The notes: generated by a model not told the origin, from the letters alone. 64,000 bases of DNA from Thermoanaerobaculia bacterium (GCA_038245905.1 JBBRRY010000003.1:64001-128000), one strand, 5' to 3'. Numbered from the stretch's first letter, positions 52,987-62,971 are shown. Program-made: numbers and translations.

Positions 52987-55877
52987 GCGCGGCATCGCTC
53001 CCGGCGTCCGGCAAACGCCGCGACGGGCCGCTCCGGACGTTTGCCCTCCTTTCTGTCGGCCTGGCTCTTCTAGGAGAGGGTTTGATCCGGACGGGTCGTT
53101 CTCCGTGGGCGGGAATCGCCGCGCAGATCGTTGCGTCTTTCCTCTTCGCATGGGGCGCGTGGCCGCGGCCCGCACCTCCCGCGGTGCCTGTCTTCGTGGC
53201 GCCAGCGCGTTGGAAGCGCGCGGGGCGGCTTGGGTGGCCTCTCGCGTTCGCCGTCGCGGCGTCTTGCGCGATCGCGTCGATCGTCTGGTGCCTGCGGCTC
53301 TATGCCGGGCGCCGCGAGGTGGCGGCGGAGGGCCCGTGGTTCGCGGCGATCTTCCTGATCGCGGCGGCCGGCTTTTTCGGAGGACGGCTCACGGCCTTTG
53401 CACCGCGTTGGGACGCGGCTCCTCCTCTTGGAAGCAGGACGCGCCGCGCCCTCTTCGCGCTCGCGGTTGTCCTCGTCCTCGGCCTCGCGGCCGCGACGCG
53501 TCTCCCGGCGCTCGACCGGATTCCCTTCGGCATCAACGCGGACGAAGGCGATCAGGCGGCCGTGTCGCTCTCGATCCTGCGCGGCCACAACACGACCCCT
53601 CTTTTCGGGGTCGGCTGGTACCACATCAGCATCGTGTACTTCCGGCTCCTCGCGCTCGTCATGGGCGTGGCGGGCGCGACCGTCGCCGGGGCGCGGACGT
53701 TCGGCGCGCTCTCGGGAATCGTCACCGTCGGTCTCGTTCTCTGGCTCGGCGTGCGGCATTTCGGCCGGAGGGCGGGCCTGATCGCCGGCCTCTTCGCGGC
53801 GTCCCTGGGGCCGGCGCTGCAGTTCTCGCGGGAGACGACTTGCGCCGGCCCCACGGCCACGCTCTGGGCGGCGAGCGCGCTCCTGTTTCTGGAAGCGGCA
53901 CGCGGGGGACGCGCGTGGGCCTGGGTCCTCTCGGGGCTCGCGGGAGGCTTCTCGTTCTACTTCTATCCGACGGGGCGCCTCTGGAGCGTCTTCGCCCTCC
54001 TCGTCGTGATCTCATTCCTCGCGACCGCTCCTCGCGGCGCACGAAGGAAGATTTTCGCGGGCGCGATCCTCGCGGCGCTCGCGGCGCTCATCATCGGCGC
54101 GCCGTTTCTGTACCGCGCGTACGTCAACCCGGACTGGTTCGTCGTCCGCGCCCGGGAAACGAGCATCTTCGTCAGCTCGAATCTGTCGCGCCTGCCCTAC
54201 GTCCAACGCGATTGGCCGATGCCCCGCCTTCTTCTCGCGCAGATCGAGCGGTCGATCGGGATCTTCAACCGCTTTCCGGACGGCAACTACTTCTGGCCGA
54301 CGGGAAAGCCGATCCTGCCTGCCGTCTTCTCGGCGCTCACCGTCACCGGACTTCTTGCGAGCCTCTGGCGCGTCCGGGATCCGAGGCTCGCTCTTCTGAC
54401 GGCATGGTTCTGGACGGGTTTCGTCGGCGTCGTCGTCACGGTCGAGACACCGAACCTCCACCGCATGGCGACGGCCGTGCCCGTGCTCGCGATCTTCGCG
54501 GCGCTCGTTCTGGACGAAGGGGCGCGCCGATTCTCGGCGCCTCTCACGCGGCGTGGAGGCCGTGTCGCCGTCACCGCCCTCGTGGCGGCGGCCTCGCTCG
54601 CTCTCGCGGCGCGGGAGCTGGTCTTCTACTTCGGGGAATACGCGAAGCTCGACGCGTGGCCGTACCCGCGGATCGAGGGGGGCGCGATCGCGCAAGAAGG
54701 ACGCGACGCATGGGTCCTGAGCCTCGGCGGCCAGTTCCACATGGTCAACTCGGGCTGGGTCTATCACCTCGCGCCCGATTCCTTTCGAGCCGGGATCCTG
54801 TCCCCCGGCTTCCACCTTCCCCTGACGATGCCTGCGAGCCGCGATCTCGCGTTCCTCTTCTACCCCGGTCAGGAGGACTATCGGAATCTGGTCGAAACGA
54901 TCTATCCCGGCGGAAGTTTTCACCGTGTTCCCTCGGTGCCGGACCAATGGATCTTCGACGTCTATCGTTTGCCGCGGGCCGCGTGGCAGGCCACGCAGGG
55001 CGCGCTGGCACACATGCCTGGAGAGCCGCCTGTCCGCGTCCCGACTCTGTCGGACCCTGCGCCCGGGGCGCGCCCCGACGCCGTCATGAGATGGACGGCC
55101 GCGATGCGCGTGCCTCGCTTCGGCAACTACGCGTTCCGTCTCGGCCCCGGCCCGGCCCGTCTCGCGATCGACGGACACGAAGTCCTGTCGATCGCCGCGG
55201 GCGAGCAGGCGAAAGAGGAATCCCTGTGCCTGGCGCGCGGCGATCATTTCGTCGAGCTGGAGGGTTCGCTCGTGGGGGGCCTCCCGCGAGCACGCCTTCT
55301 TTGGGCCCCGTTCGCCAACGCGGGAGCAGGGCCGGTTTTCGAGACGATCCCGACCGCAATCCTGAGACCTCTCGCAAAGCCACCGGGCGGCCTCTTCGGC
55401 GTCGTGACGTTTCGCGGCGGGCGCCGGCAGGAGCGCCTCGACGGCACGCTCGCGACATGGAACCTCTCCGATGAGTTTGAGTTCGGGGGCGAACGCTTCG
55501 GCGCCGTTTGGACGGGATCGCTCGTCGCCCCTGCAACGGGGTCTTACGAAATGGGCCTTCTGGCTTCGGGGACGGCCGAGCTGAAGATCGACGGGCAAAC
55601 CGTTCTCAGGAGCGACGGAGCGCACGACAAGCCCGTCGCCTCGAGCGTCACGCTCGGCGCGGGTGAGCACGCCGTGGAGCTTTCCTTCAAGGAGTCGGTC
55701 GAGCCCGCGAGGCTCGAATGGACATGGACACCGCCCGGAGGGAGAAGCTCCATCGTTCCCCCGTCCGCGCTCCGGCCGCCGCGGGGCGCGGGCATGTCGC
55801 CGCCCTGCAAACAGGAAGACTTCGGCCCGCCCGACCGGCTCCCTCCCGTCGACCACCCCGTTTTTCTGAGGTGGTAG
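52983..55877 (+). CDS. GT39/ArnT-like glycosyltransferase with two C-terminal PA14-like domains
   Basis: PFGINADEG, FYFYPTGR, PNLHR; RWTA..VP..GNYAF and AVWTGSL.AP.TGSY..GEHAVEL. Confidence 0.75.
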   Translation: MSAASLPASGKRRDGPLRTFALLSVGLALLGEGLIRTGRSPWAGIAAQIVASFLFAWGAWPRPAPPAVPVFVAPARWKRAGRLGWPLAFAVAASCAIASIVWCLRLYAGRREVAAEGPWFAAIFLIAAAGFFGGRLTAFAPRWDAAPPLGSRTRRALFALAVVLVLGLAAATRLPALDRIPFGINADEGDQAAVSLSILRGHNTTPLFGVGWYHISIVYFRLLALVMGVAGATVAGARTFGALSGIVTVGLVLWLGVRHFGRRAGLIAGLFAASLGPALQFSRETTCAGPTATLWAASALLFLEAARGGRAWAWVLSGLAGGFSFYFYPTGRLWSVFALLVVISFLATAPRGARRKIFAGAILAALAALIIGAPFLYRAYVNPDWFVVRARETSIFVSSNLSRLPYVQRDWPMPRLLLAQIERSIGIFNRFPDGNYFWPTGKPILPAVFSALTVTGLLASLWRVRDPRLALLTAWFWTGFVGVVVTVETPNLHRMATAVPVLAIFAALVLDEGARRFSAPLTRRGGRVAVTALVAAASLALAARELVFYFGEYAKLDAWPYPRIEGGAIAQEGRDAWVLSLGGQFHMVNSGWVYHLAPDSFRAGILSPGFHLPLTMPASRDLAFLFYPGQEDYRNLVETIYPGGSFHRVPSVPDQWIFDVYRLPRAAWQATQGALAHMPGEPPVRVPTLSDPAPGARPDAVMRWTAAMRVPRFGNYAFRLGPGPARLAIDGHEVLSIAAGEQAKEESLCLARGDHFVELEGSLVGGLPRARLLWAPFANAGAGPVFETIPTAILRPLAKPPGGLFGVVTFRGGRRQERLDGTLATWNLSDEFEFGGERFGAVWTGSLVAPATGSYEMGLLASGTAELKIDGQTVLRSDGAHDKPVASSVTLGAGEHAVELSFKESVEPARLEWTWTPPGGRSSIVPPSALRPPRGAGMSPPCKQEDFGPPDRLPPVDHPVFLRW

Positions 55878-55884
55878 GCGTGAC

Positions 55885-56685
55885 TCAGCGTGCGGGCGCT
55901 TCCGCGGGCGCCGTCCAGTAAGCCTGCTCCGCGATCTGCTCGAGCGCGGGGGAGCGATAGCGGCCCGAGTCCCACGCCCGGCGGAGGGAGGCGATGTGCC
56001 CCAGCATGCGCACGGAATCGAGGCCGAGACGGACGGTGGTCGGCTCGGAGCGGCGCAGCCGGACCGGGACGCGCTTGATCTCGAGGTTGTACTTGAGCGC
56101 CAGGTAGAGGAGCTCCACGTCTCCGGCGAAGCCGTTCTCTCTGAGGAGCGGGAAAAGCGCGTCCGCGACGTCGCCTCGAAAGGCTTTGAGACCGCACTGC
56201 GTGTCGAAGAGGCCGCCCGTCACGAGCAGCCTTACGAGCAGCGAGAACGCGGCGGAAGCCGTGTTGCGGCGTCGCGAGATGTGGGGCCGGTAGTCGGACC
56301 CGGCGAGAGTGCGGTCGCCGGTGACGACGTGGAACCCGCGGTCGTTCACGAGGCGGGCCATGTAGGGGACCGCGTCGAGGTCGAACGGGAGGTCGGCGTC
56401 CGTGAAGACGCGGCATCTCCCCCGGCTCGCCCGCATTCCCGCTTTTAACGCACCGAACTTCCCGAGGTTTCTCGGGAGGGAGACGATCGTGAGGTTCCCT
56501 TGGGGACGCGCGGCGAGGCGTTCCGCCGTGTCGTCCGTGCTCCCGTCGTCGACGGCGACGATCTCCCACGAAAGGGCCCCCCGGCGGAGGAACTCCTCTA
56601 TTTCGGCAAGACTTCTCTCCACGAAGAGCGCCGCGTTGAAGACCGGCAGGATGAGCGAGAGATCGGGAGGCGTCACGGTCGTCAC
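55885..56685 (-). CDS. GT2 polyprenol-phosphate glycosyltransferase (Alg5/DPM1-like)
   Basis: LPVFN, VDDGSTD, NLGK, FTDADL, DTQCGLK, DVELL; GTGA overlap with upstream gene. Confidence 0.85.
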   Translation of the reverse strand: MTTVTPPDLSLILPVFNAALFVERSLAEIEEFLRRGALSWEIVAVDDGSTDDTAERLAARPQGNLTIVSLPRNLGKFGALKAGMRASRGRCRVFTDADLPFDLDAVPYMARLVNDRGFHVVTGDRTLAGSDYRPHISRRRNTASAAFSLLVRLLVTGGLFDTQCGLKAFRGDVADALFPLLRENGFAGDVELLYLALKYNLEIKRVPVRLRRSEPTTVRLGLDSVRMLGHIASLRRAWDSGRYRSPALEQIAEQAYWTAPAEAPAR

Positions 56686-57587
56686 GCCGCCCGGCTCCGG
56701 CGCGCCGTCACGAGCATGGAGCCTGAATTCGCATAGAGGGCGGCGTCGGCGTCGCCAGGGCGAAAAAGGTCCGCGACCGCGCGCAGCAAGCCTCCCCCGA
56801 AGGGAAGCGCGTCCCCGATCCGCCTGAGAAGGAAGTCGAGGGACACGTACTGGCCGCACGAAGAGACGTGCTCGATCTCGAACCCAGGCGCGAGCACTGC
56901 CGCGAGCGTCCGCGGCGAGAAGTACGACACATGTTCGGGAATCTTGTAGGACACCCACCGCCGCCCAGTCGCGCGCGCGAGGAGGCTCTTCACGTTCGGC
57001 GTCGCGACCAGAATGCGCCCCTCCGGCGCGAGGTGCCACGCGAGGTCCACGGCGAGCCGGCGGGGATCGTAGATGTGCTCGACGACATCGAAGAGCGTGA
57101 TGACGTCGAAGAAGCCCTGCGGAAAGAGGCGGTCCGAAAGGGTTCCGAGGCGGATGCGGTCCAGATGGCGCAAGGACGCGACCGCCACCGCGGTTGAGGA
57201 CACGTCGAGGCCCCACGCTTCGTATCCGCGCGAGAGGGCCGCCTCGAGGCCGGCGCCGGGGCCGCATCCCACGTCGAGGAGCCGGGCGCCGGCATGGCGC
57301 GAAGGAAGACGAGAGAGACGCCGGACGAATGTGCGGACGAGGAGAGGCTCCATGGCCGAATACGAGGAGTATCCGCTGTCGGGGCCACCCTCTTCCCAGT
57401 ACTCGGGTGCGCTATACAGGCGGGCCACGTCGTCCTCGTGAACGCGCGGGGAGAGATAGCGCATCGAGCAGGAATCGCAATCGACGACGCGGTACGGCGG
57501 AAACAACGCCCGCGCCTTCTCCGGGGGCGGTTCATCGCAGAGCGGGCACGCGCACGTTTCGAGGCGGAACGGAGCGGCCGCGATCAT
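56682..57587 (-). CDS. class I SAM-dependent methyltransferase with N-terminal Cys cluster
   Basis: CPLC...CDSC, LDVGCGPG, FDVVEH, TPN, PEH. Confidence 0.85.
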   Translation of the reverse strand: MIAAAPFRLETCACPLCDEPPPEKARALFPPYRVVDCDSCSMRYLSPRVHEDDVARLYSAPEYWEEGGPDSGYSSYSAMEPLLVRTFVRRLSRLPSRHAGARLLDVGCGPGAGLEAALSRGYEAWGLDVSSTAVAVASLRHLDRIRLGTLSDRLFPQGFFDVITLFDVVEHIYDPRRLAVDLAWHLAPEGRILVATPNVKSLLARATGRRWVSYKIPEHVSYFSPRTLAAVLAPGFEIEHVSSCGQYVSLDFLLRRIGDALPFGGGLLRAVADLFRPGDADAALYANSGSMLVTARRSRAA

Positions 57588-57682
57588 CCGGATCCCCCCG
57601 GTCCCTAGGATACCGGGGAGCGTGTGTGGGCGCGTCGCGCGCGCACTTGGTATCATCGTTCGAGCCCGTGAGGTGTACGACG

Positions 57683-58198
57683 ATGTGGGATAAGTGGCAC
57701 TGTCTTCCGATCGCTCTGTGCGTCCTTTCTCTCGGTTGCGGCGGGAAAAAGCCGGAGGCTCAGGTGAAGGGCGGCGCCGCCGCCGCCGAAAAGCCGGCCG
57801 AGGTCGTCGCGACCCCGGTTGTGGCCCAAGAGGCGCCGAAGGGCCCCTTCATTTCGAAGTTCCGTCTCGGCTCTTCGTCGGGTCCCGAGGGCGTCGTGAT
57901 CGCCGAAGCGCACGCCTTCGTGCCGGGAGAAAATGTCTTCGCCTCGTTCGAGATCCCGAATGCCGCCGCGGGGTCGAAAGTCCGCGTTTCCTGGGCCGCT
58001 TTGCCCGACAGGAAGATCCTTTCTCGCCAGGAAGCGGCGCTCCCGCCGGACAAGCCGGCGGTGGCCTTCAAGGGCGATTCGAAAAGCTGGCCGCTCGGGG
58101 ACTACGAGTTCCTCATCGTTCTCGCCGAGCCGGGGAAGGACGACGCGAGACCCTTGGGGAGCGCGACGTTCAAGATCGTCAAGGACAAGCCGAGATAG
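57683..58198 (+). CDS. putative lipoprotein (Ig-like fold)
   Basis: Lipobox LSLGC, Ala/Pro-rich linker, WPLGDYEF. Confidence 0.65.
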   Translation: MWDKWHCLPIALCVLSLGCGGKKPEAQVKGGAAAAEKPAEVVATPVVAQEAPKGPFISKFRLGSSSGPEGVVIAEAHAFVPGENVFASFEIPNAAAGSKVRVSWAALPDRKILSRQEAALPPDKPAVAFKGDSKSWPLGDYEFLIVLAEPGKDDARPLGSATFKIVKDKPR

Positions 58199-58233
58199 GT
58201 CTCGTTCGGGTCTTTCTCGATTGAGGCTGCGCC

Positions 58234-58731
58234 GTGGCAACCCGTAGGATCTTTCTCCTCACGGCGATTGGGACGGCCTTCGCTGCCGCGACCTCCGTCT
58301 CGGGGGCCGTGCTCGTCTTCGTTCTCGGTCCGCTCCGCCGGCGCGCTCGGCAAGAGCCTGTGCTCCTCGACGTCGGACCGGTGTCGGCCTTCGGGGCGCT
58401 GCGGGCGGGCGCGCCTCGGCCCGAAGAAATCCTCGTCGAGCGCACCGTCGAGGACGGCTACATGACGCGCCGCGTGAAGGAACGATTCGTCGTGGTGCGC
58501 GACGTCCGCGCCGCGTCGGGCCTCGCGGCGCTCGTCCCGACGTGCAGCCACCTCGGGTGCGGCGTCTCGTGGGACCAGGGCCGTAACGCGTTCCTCTGTC
58601 CCTGCCACGGCGGCGTCTACGGGCCCGATGGCGCCGTCCTGGCCGGCCCGCCGCCGAGGCCTCTCACGCGCCTGCCGCTCATGGCGGCCGGCGGACGCTT
58701 GCACCTCGACGCTTCGGCTCTCGACACGTGA
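58234..58731 (+). CDS. Rieske [2Fe-2S] protein
   Basis: Tat-like TRRIFL, CSHLGC, FLCPCHG, GPPPRPL. Confidence 0.92.
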   Translation: MATRRIFLLTAIGTAFAAATSVSGAVLVFVLGPLRRRARQEPVLLDVGPVSAFGALRAGAPRPEEILVERTVEDGYMTRRVKERFVVVRDVRAASGLAALVPTCSHLGCGVSWDQGRNAFLCPCHGGVYGPDGAVLAGPPPRPLTRLPLMAAGGRLHLDASALDT

Positions 58732-60344
58732 AGAGGTTTCTCGAATTCCTCGAGTCTCGGACGGGACTTACCGCGCTCTGGCGCGCGTTCGCGGACGAAC
58801 CGGTCTCCATCCGGCACGCGTGGCTGTTCACGCTGGGCTCGGCGGCGCTCGTCGCGCTCCTCGTCCAGTTCGCCACCGGCTTCGCGCTCGCGCTCGCTTA
58901 TGCCCCGACGCCGGACCACGCGTGGGAAAGCGTGAAGGCGATTCAGACACGGCTTCCGGCGGGAGCGCTCGTGCGCGGCCTCCATCACTGGGGCGCGTCC
59001 GCGATGGTGCTCTTCGCCCTGCTTCACATGGCCCGCACATTTCTCTTCGGCGCCTATCGCCGGCCGCGGGAGCTCAACTGGCTCGTGGGCGTCGCGCTCC
59101 TCCTCCTCGTGCTCGCATTCGGCTTCACGGGCTATCTTCTTCCGTGGGATCAGAAGGCCTACTGGGCGACGGTCGTCGGCACGAAGGTGCCGGCGGCGAT
59201 CCCGATCGCGGGAGCGGCCGTTTCACGTCTTATGGCCGGGGGAACCACCGTCGGCGCGGCGACGCTGACGCGCTTCTACGCGCTCCACGTCGTCCTGCTG
59301 CCGCTCCTGACTCTCGCGTTTGCCTTCGTCCACCTCCTCCTGATGCGCCGGCACGGGCACGCCGGGCCGACGGACGAACCGGACCCAAGACAGCCGTTCT
59401 TTCCCTATCAAGCCGCGCGGGACGGCGCCGTCGGGCTGGCGCTCGTTCTCGCGCTCTTCTGGCTCGCGGCGCGGCATCCGGCGCCGCTCGAACGGCTCGC
59501 GGATCCGACGGACAGCTCGTACGTGCCACGGCCCGAGTGGTATTTCCTCCCGCTCTTTCAGCTCCTGAAGCTCTTCAAGAGCCCGTTCGAGCCGATCGGC
59601 ACCGCAGTCCTTCCGGGGATCTCGATGTTCCTTCTCGCGCTCGTTCCGTGGCTCGACCGCGGGGCCTCCCGGCGGCCCCGTGACCGGCGGCTCGTCCTCG
59701 CGGCCGGCGGCGCGGCGGCGGCCCTGCTCCTCGGCCTGCTCTATTTCGGTGCCCTCGATTCCCCGAAGGGAAGTCCGTCGGGCCTCGACCCGGCCTCCCA
59801 GCCGCCGCCCGACGCGCGGTTTCTCGGCGGCCTCGCCTCGTACGAGAGGCGCGGTTGCACCTCGTGCCACGGGATCGACGGCCGGCCGGGCGCGCCGCCT
59901 GCGGCCGTGTCGATCGCTCTCGCGGCGCGCGGACACGCCCTCAAGGGCGATGGGCTGACCGCACACGTGAAGGAGAAGAGCGTCCGGGCGCTGGCGACCG
60001 ACGAGGACGGAGAGAGCCCCGACAAGGACATCCCGTCGCTCCTCGCATACGTCGAGGTGCTTGGGAAAGACGGGCCGCGTTTCTCCGCGCTGCCGCAGCC
60101 GATTCGCCTGGGCGGCGCCGCGATAGACCGAGAGGATTGCCGGCAGTGCCATCAGCTATACGGAGAGGGCGGCCGCCGCGGGCCCGTGCTTGCTCATCTT
60201 CTCGGCAAGCGTGACAAGGACTGGCTTGTCGCGCACTTCAAGGATCCGAAAGCGCTCGTGCCGGGCTCGAAGATGCCCTCGTTCAAGTTCCTGCCCGACG
60301 CCGAGCTCTCCGCGATGTCGGACTACCTGCTCGCGCTGCCGTAG
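58728..60344 (+). CDS. cytochrome b fused to diheme cytochrome c
   Basis: RGLHHWGAS, LHM, GYLLPWDQ.AYW, RFYALH, PEWY; CTSCH and CRQCH; GSKMP. Confidence 0.9.
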   Translation: MKRFLEFLESRTGLTALWRAFADEPVSIRHAWLFTLGSAALVALLVQFATGFALALAYAPTPDHAWESVKAIQTRLPAGALVRGLHHWGASAMVLFALLHMARTFLFGAYRRPRELNWLVGVALLLLVLAFGFTGYLLPWDQKAYWATVVGTKVPAAIPIAGAAVSRLMAGGTTVGAATLTRFYALHVVLLPLLTLAFAFVHLLLMRRHGHAGPTDEPDPRQPFFPYQAARDGAVGLALVLALFWLAARHPAPLERLADPTDSSYVPRPEWYFLPLFQLLKLFKSPFEPIGTAVLPGISMFLLALVPWLDRGASRRPRDRRLVLAAGGAAAALLLGLLYFGALDSPKGSPSGLDPASQPPPDARFLGGLASYERRGCTSCHGIDGRPGAPPAAVSIALAARGHALKGDGLTAHVKEKSVRALATDEDGESPDKDIPSLLAYVEVLGKDGPRFSALPQPIRLGGAAIDREDCRQCHQLYGEGGRRGPVLAHLLGKRDKDWLVAHFKDPKALVPGSKMPSFKFLPDAELSAMSDYLLALP

Positions 60345-60365
60345 AGCCGGCCGTCGACCGGGCGC

Positions 60366-62273
60366 TTACCTTTCGGTAAAAGTCTTCAGGTCGATGCGCT
60401 GCGTGAGGAACCGGCGGAACTCGTCGGGCGGAAGGGATGCGACCTGACGGCCCGTCGTATGCTCGATAGCCGAAAGGACCTTCTCCCAGAGGAACTCGCG
60501 GCGCGCGATCTCGTCGAGGTCGCGCACTTTTCCGAAATCCTGAACGAATTTGTTGTGGCGGCAGAGCATGCGGAACGCGTGCTCGGTGTTCGGACGTCGG
60601 ACCGGAAGGCCGAGAATGCGCACGTCGTTTCCTACGTCGTGGATGGGCTGGCCCCACTCGCCATACCCGCCGAAGATGGTCCCGAGCTTCTCGAGGGCGT
60701 TCGCGAGCTTAGGCTCTCCGCCCCTCTCGAGCGCCGCCTTCACGATCGGAAGCGTGATGTTGCGGAAAAGCGTGGGATCCGCGAGGCGAACGTCGATGCC
60801 GATCTCCTCGCGCGTTATGCGGGCGATGTCTTCGGAACGGATGCGGTTGTCCGTTGCGAGATGGATGCGCTCGCCGATCGACTCGGGCACGGTTAGAGCC
60901 GCGAGAATTCCTTGGACGACGCGGTCCACGGGAACGATATTCAGCTCAGCCGAGCGGTCGCCGGGGAAGCTCGACGCGATCGCGCCGATCAGCCACGCTT
61001 TCCCGCGGCCGACGACGTCTGCCTGCAGCGCGTCCATCACCTCCTTCGAGCGCCCGAAGGCGTTGATGGGCGCGTTCACGACCTTCGTGTCACCCCGATT
61101 GTTGCCGGTCCTGCTGTGGCCAATGACGATCGAGGGGAGAAGCTGCGACACGCGGAGGCCCTTGTCGACGAGCGTGTAATCCGTCTCGAGCGACGCCATC
61201 GCCTTCGTGAGCTCGTAGAAGTTGTTGTAGAAATTCCGGGGGAAGACGAGCGCGTTCTCCTGCGCGGTCGTCTTCTTCTTCCGCCCGTGGATGTAGGACG
61301 TCTCGATCGCGACGTGCTGAATGAACTTCGTGCCCTTTGCTTCCTGGATCCCCAGGGCGAACTGAAGCGCGTTGCGCGCCCCCTGCACGTTTGCGCGGAA
61401 GGAGTTCTCGTACGAGTCGTCGAAAGACACGCTCGCGGCGCAGTGGATGACGTGCGTGAGCGTCTTCTCGAGGCGCGCCATCTCGCGCGGCGCGACGCCG
61501 AGATTCGGCTTCTCGATGTCTCCGTCCACGAAAACGAATTTCTTCGCCTTCGCTCCCGTGATGCGAAGGCGCTTCAGGAGAAGCGCGCCTCGCTGGGCAG
61601 GCGACAGAATTTTCACGACCTCTTTCGTTTTGGCGTCGCGGATCTTCTCGGGCCGCACGACACAGACGAGGCGCTCGATCCGGCGGTCGCTCGAGGCCTG
61701 CGCGAGGAGCTCCTTGCCCAAAAAGCCGGTGGCGCCCGTCAGGAGAACGTGCAGTCGCGGGCTGCGCCCGCGCGCCCTCAAGAGGGTGCGTGCGTCGCGC
61801 TGCAGCTTTTCGATGCGCGCCTTGACCTCTTTCTCGGACAGGTGGGAGGCCTCGCGGAACTTGAAGAAGACATTCCGGTCCGTCACGCCGATCAGGCTCT
61901 TGGCGCTTCGTTCGACCGCTTTGCTTCCCGTCGCCGAACCGAGCGCCTCGGCGAGCTTGATCCCGAGGAGGTTCACCTTTCGGAGGCCATCCTTGACGGC
62001 ATTCTCATTGCCGGTCCACTCGATCAGCCGGCTCGCGAGATATTGAGCGGAGACGTCGATCGGGTTCTTGTCCCGGTGGGCGTGAACGAGCAGCTCGTCG
62101 GGGTCGATCGGCCGAAGGATCTCCTTGCCGGTCGCGAGGCTCACTTTCGCGATGTAGCGCGAGGGAGAGCTCTCCCAAAGCATCTCGCCCTTCGGGTTCA
62201 TCGTCGGCGTGAGTTCCTGCGTCGGGGCTCCTGCGGTCCCGCGCCGGGGCGGGGCCGTCGTGGAATTCAGCAT
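60366..62273 (-). CDS. extended SDR (fatty acyl-CoA reductase / NAD_binding_4-like) with long N-terminal extension
   Basis: GGAGG SD before ATG 62273; LTGATGFLG, VIHCAASVSF, NFYELTKA, PSIVIG, NIVPVD. Confidence 0.8.
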   Translation of the reverse strand: MLNSTTAPPRRGTAGAPTQELTPTMNPKGEMLWESSPSRYIAKVSLATGKEILRPIDPDELLVHAHRDKNPIDVSAQYLASRLIEWTGNENAVKDGLRKVNLLGIKLAEALGSATGSKAVERSAKSLIGVTDRNVFFKFREASHLSEKEVKARIEKLQRDARTLLRARGRSPRLHVLLTGATGFLGKELLAQASSDRRIERLVCVVRPEKIRDAKTKEVVKILSPAQRGALLLKRLRITGAKAKKFVFVDGDIEKPNLGVAPREMARLEKTLTHVIHCAASVSFDDSYENSFRANVQGARNALQFALGIQEAKGTKFIQHVAIETSYIHGRKKKTTAQENALVFPRNFYNNFYELTKAMASLETDYTLVDKGLRVSQLLPSIVIGHSRTGNNRGDTKVVNAPINAFGRSKEVMDALQADVVGRGKAWLIGAIASSFPGDRSAELNIVPVDRVVQGILAALTVPESIGERIHLATDNRIRSEDIARITREEIGIDVRLADPTLFRNITLPIVKAALERGGEPKLANALEKLGTIFGGYGEWGQPIHDVGNDVRILGLPVRRPNTEHAFRMLCRHNKFVQDFGKVRDLDEIARREFLWEKVLSAIEHTTGRQVASLPPDEFRRFLTQRIDLKTFTER

Positions 62274-62317
62274 GGTTTCCTCCGAAATCCGGAGAGGCAT
62301 TGTAGTCCCGGGCCGCG

Positions 62318-62971
62318 TTAACCCAGGGCCGCGATGAAGTCGTCCGCCGCGAGCGCGACGGCGAGAGCCGCTTCGTTGCCGGCTTCGAGATAGAGAGTCG
62401 CCGAGGGATCGGCGACCCGCGCGAGCGTACCAGCGCGGACTTCCTTCACGTCGTCTCCGTCGAACGCGGCGAAGCGTCCGGAGAAGACGGCGAACGCGCG
62501 GACGCCGCGAAAGACCCACCGGGCGCCCGGAGGCGGGCCGAGCCGGAGCACGGCGAGTCCGGCCTCGGGCAGCCGTGCGAGCACGCGGAGGCCCGTGATC
62601 CCGGGAAAGGCCGCCCCCGCGACACCATCGCGCTTGATGTGACGGAGCGGCGCTGGAGACGGTCTGCGAATGACGACAACGTCACCGGGTTCCACGTTGG
62701 ATCCGCCGCGGCCGGAGGAGAGCGCGATCAGCGCCGAGGCGCCGCCATCCCCCTCTTCCCCTCCAAAGAAAAAACCACCGTGACCCTCACTGAGGCACAG
62801 GAGATGCTGAGAGGGTATTCGCTCGAACGCGTAAACCGAGACGCCGGGCGCTTGCACCGTGCGCGGCGGTGGCGGCACGGGGCCGCGCCGGTCGTCGTTC
62901 TTCGGAATGTCCTTTGTAGCGGCCGGCGGCTCGCCCGGCTTCCTTCTTCCGAAGAGCCACTTCACGTTCAC
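62318..62971 (-). CDS. hypothetical protein
   Basis: Fills the gap between the LytTR and SDR genes on the same strand; no recognised motif. Confidence 0.5.
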   Translation of the reverse strand: MNVKWLFGRRKPGEPPAATKDIPKNDDRRGPVPPPPRTVQAPGVSVYAFERIPSQHLLCLSEGHGGFFFGGEEGDGGASALIALSSGRGGSNVEPGDVVVIRRPSPAPLRHIKRDGVAGAAFPGITGLRVLARLPEAGLAVLRLGPPPGARWVFRGVRAFAVFSGRFAAFDGDDVKEVRAGTLARVADPSATLYLEAGNEAALAVALAADDFIAALG

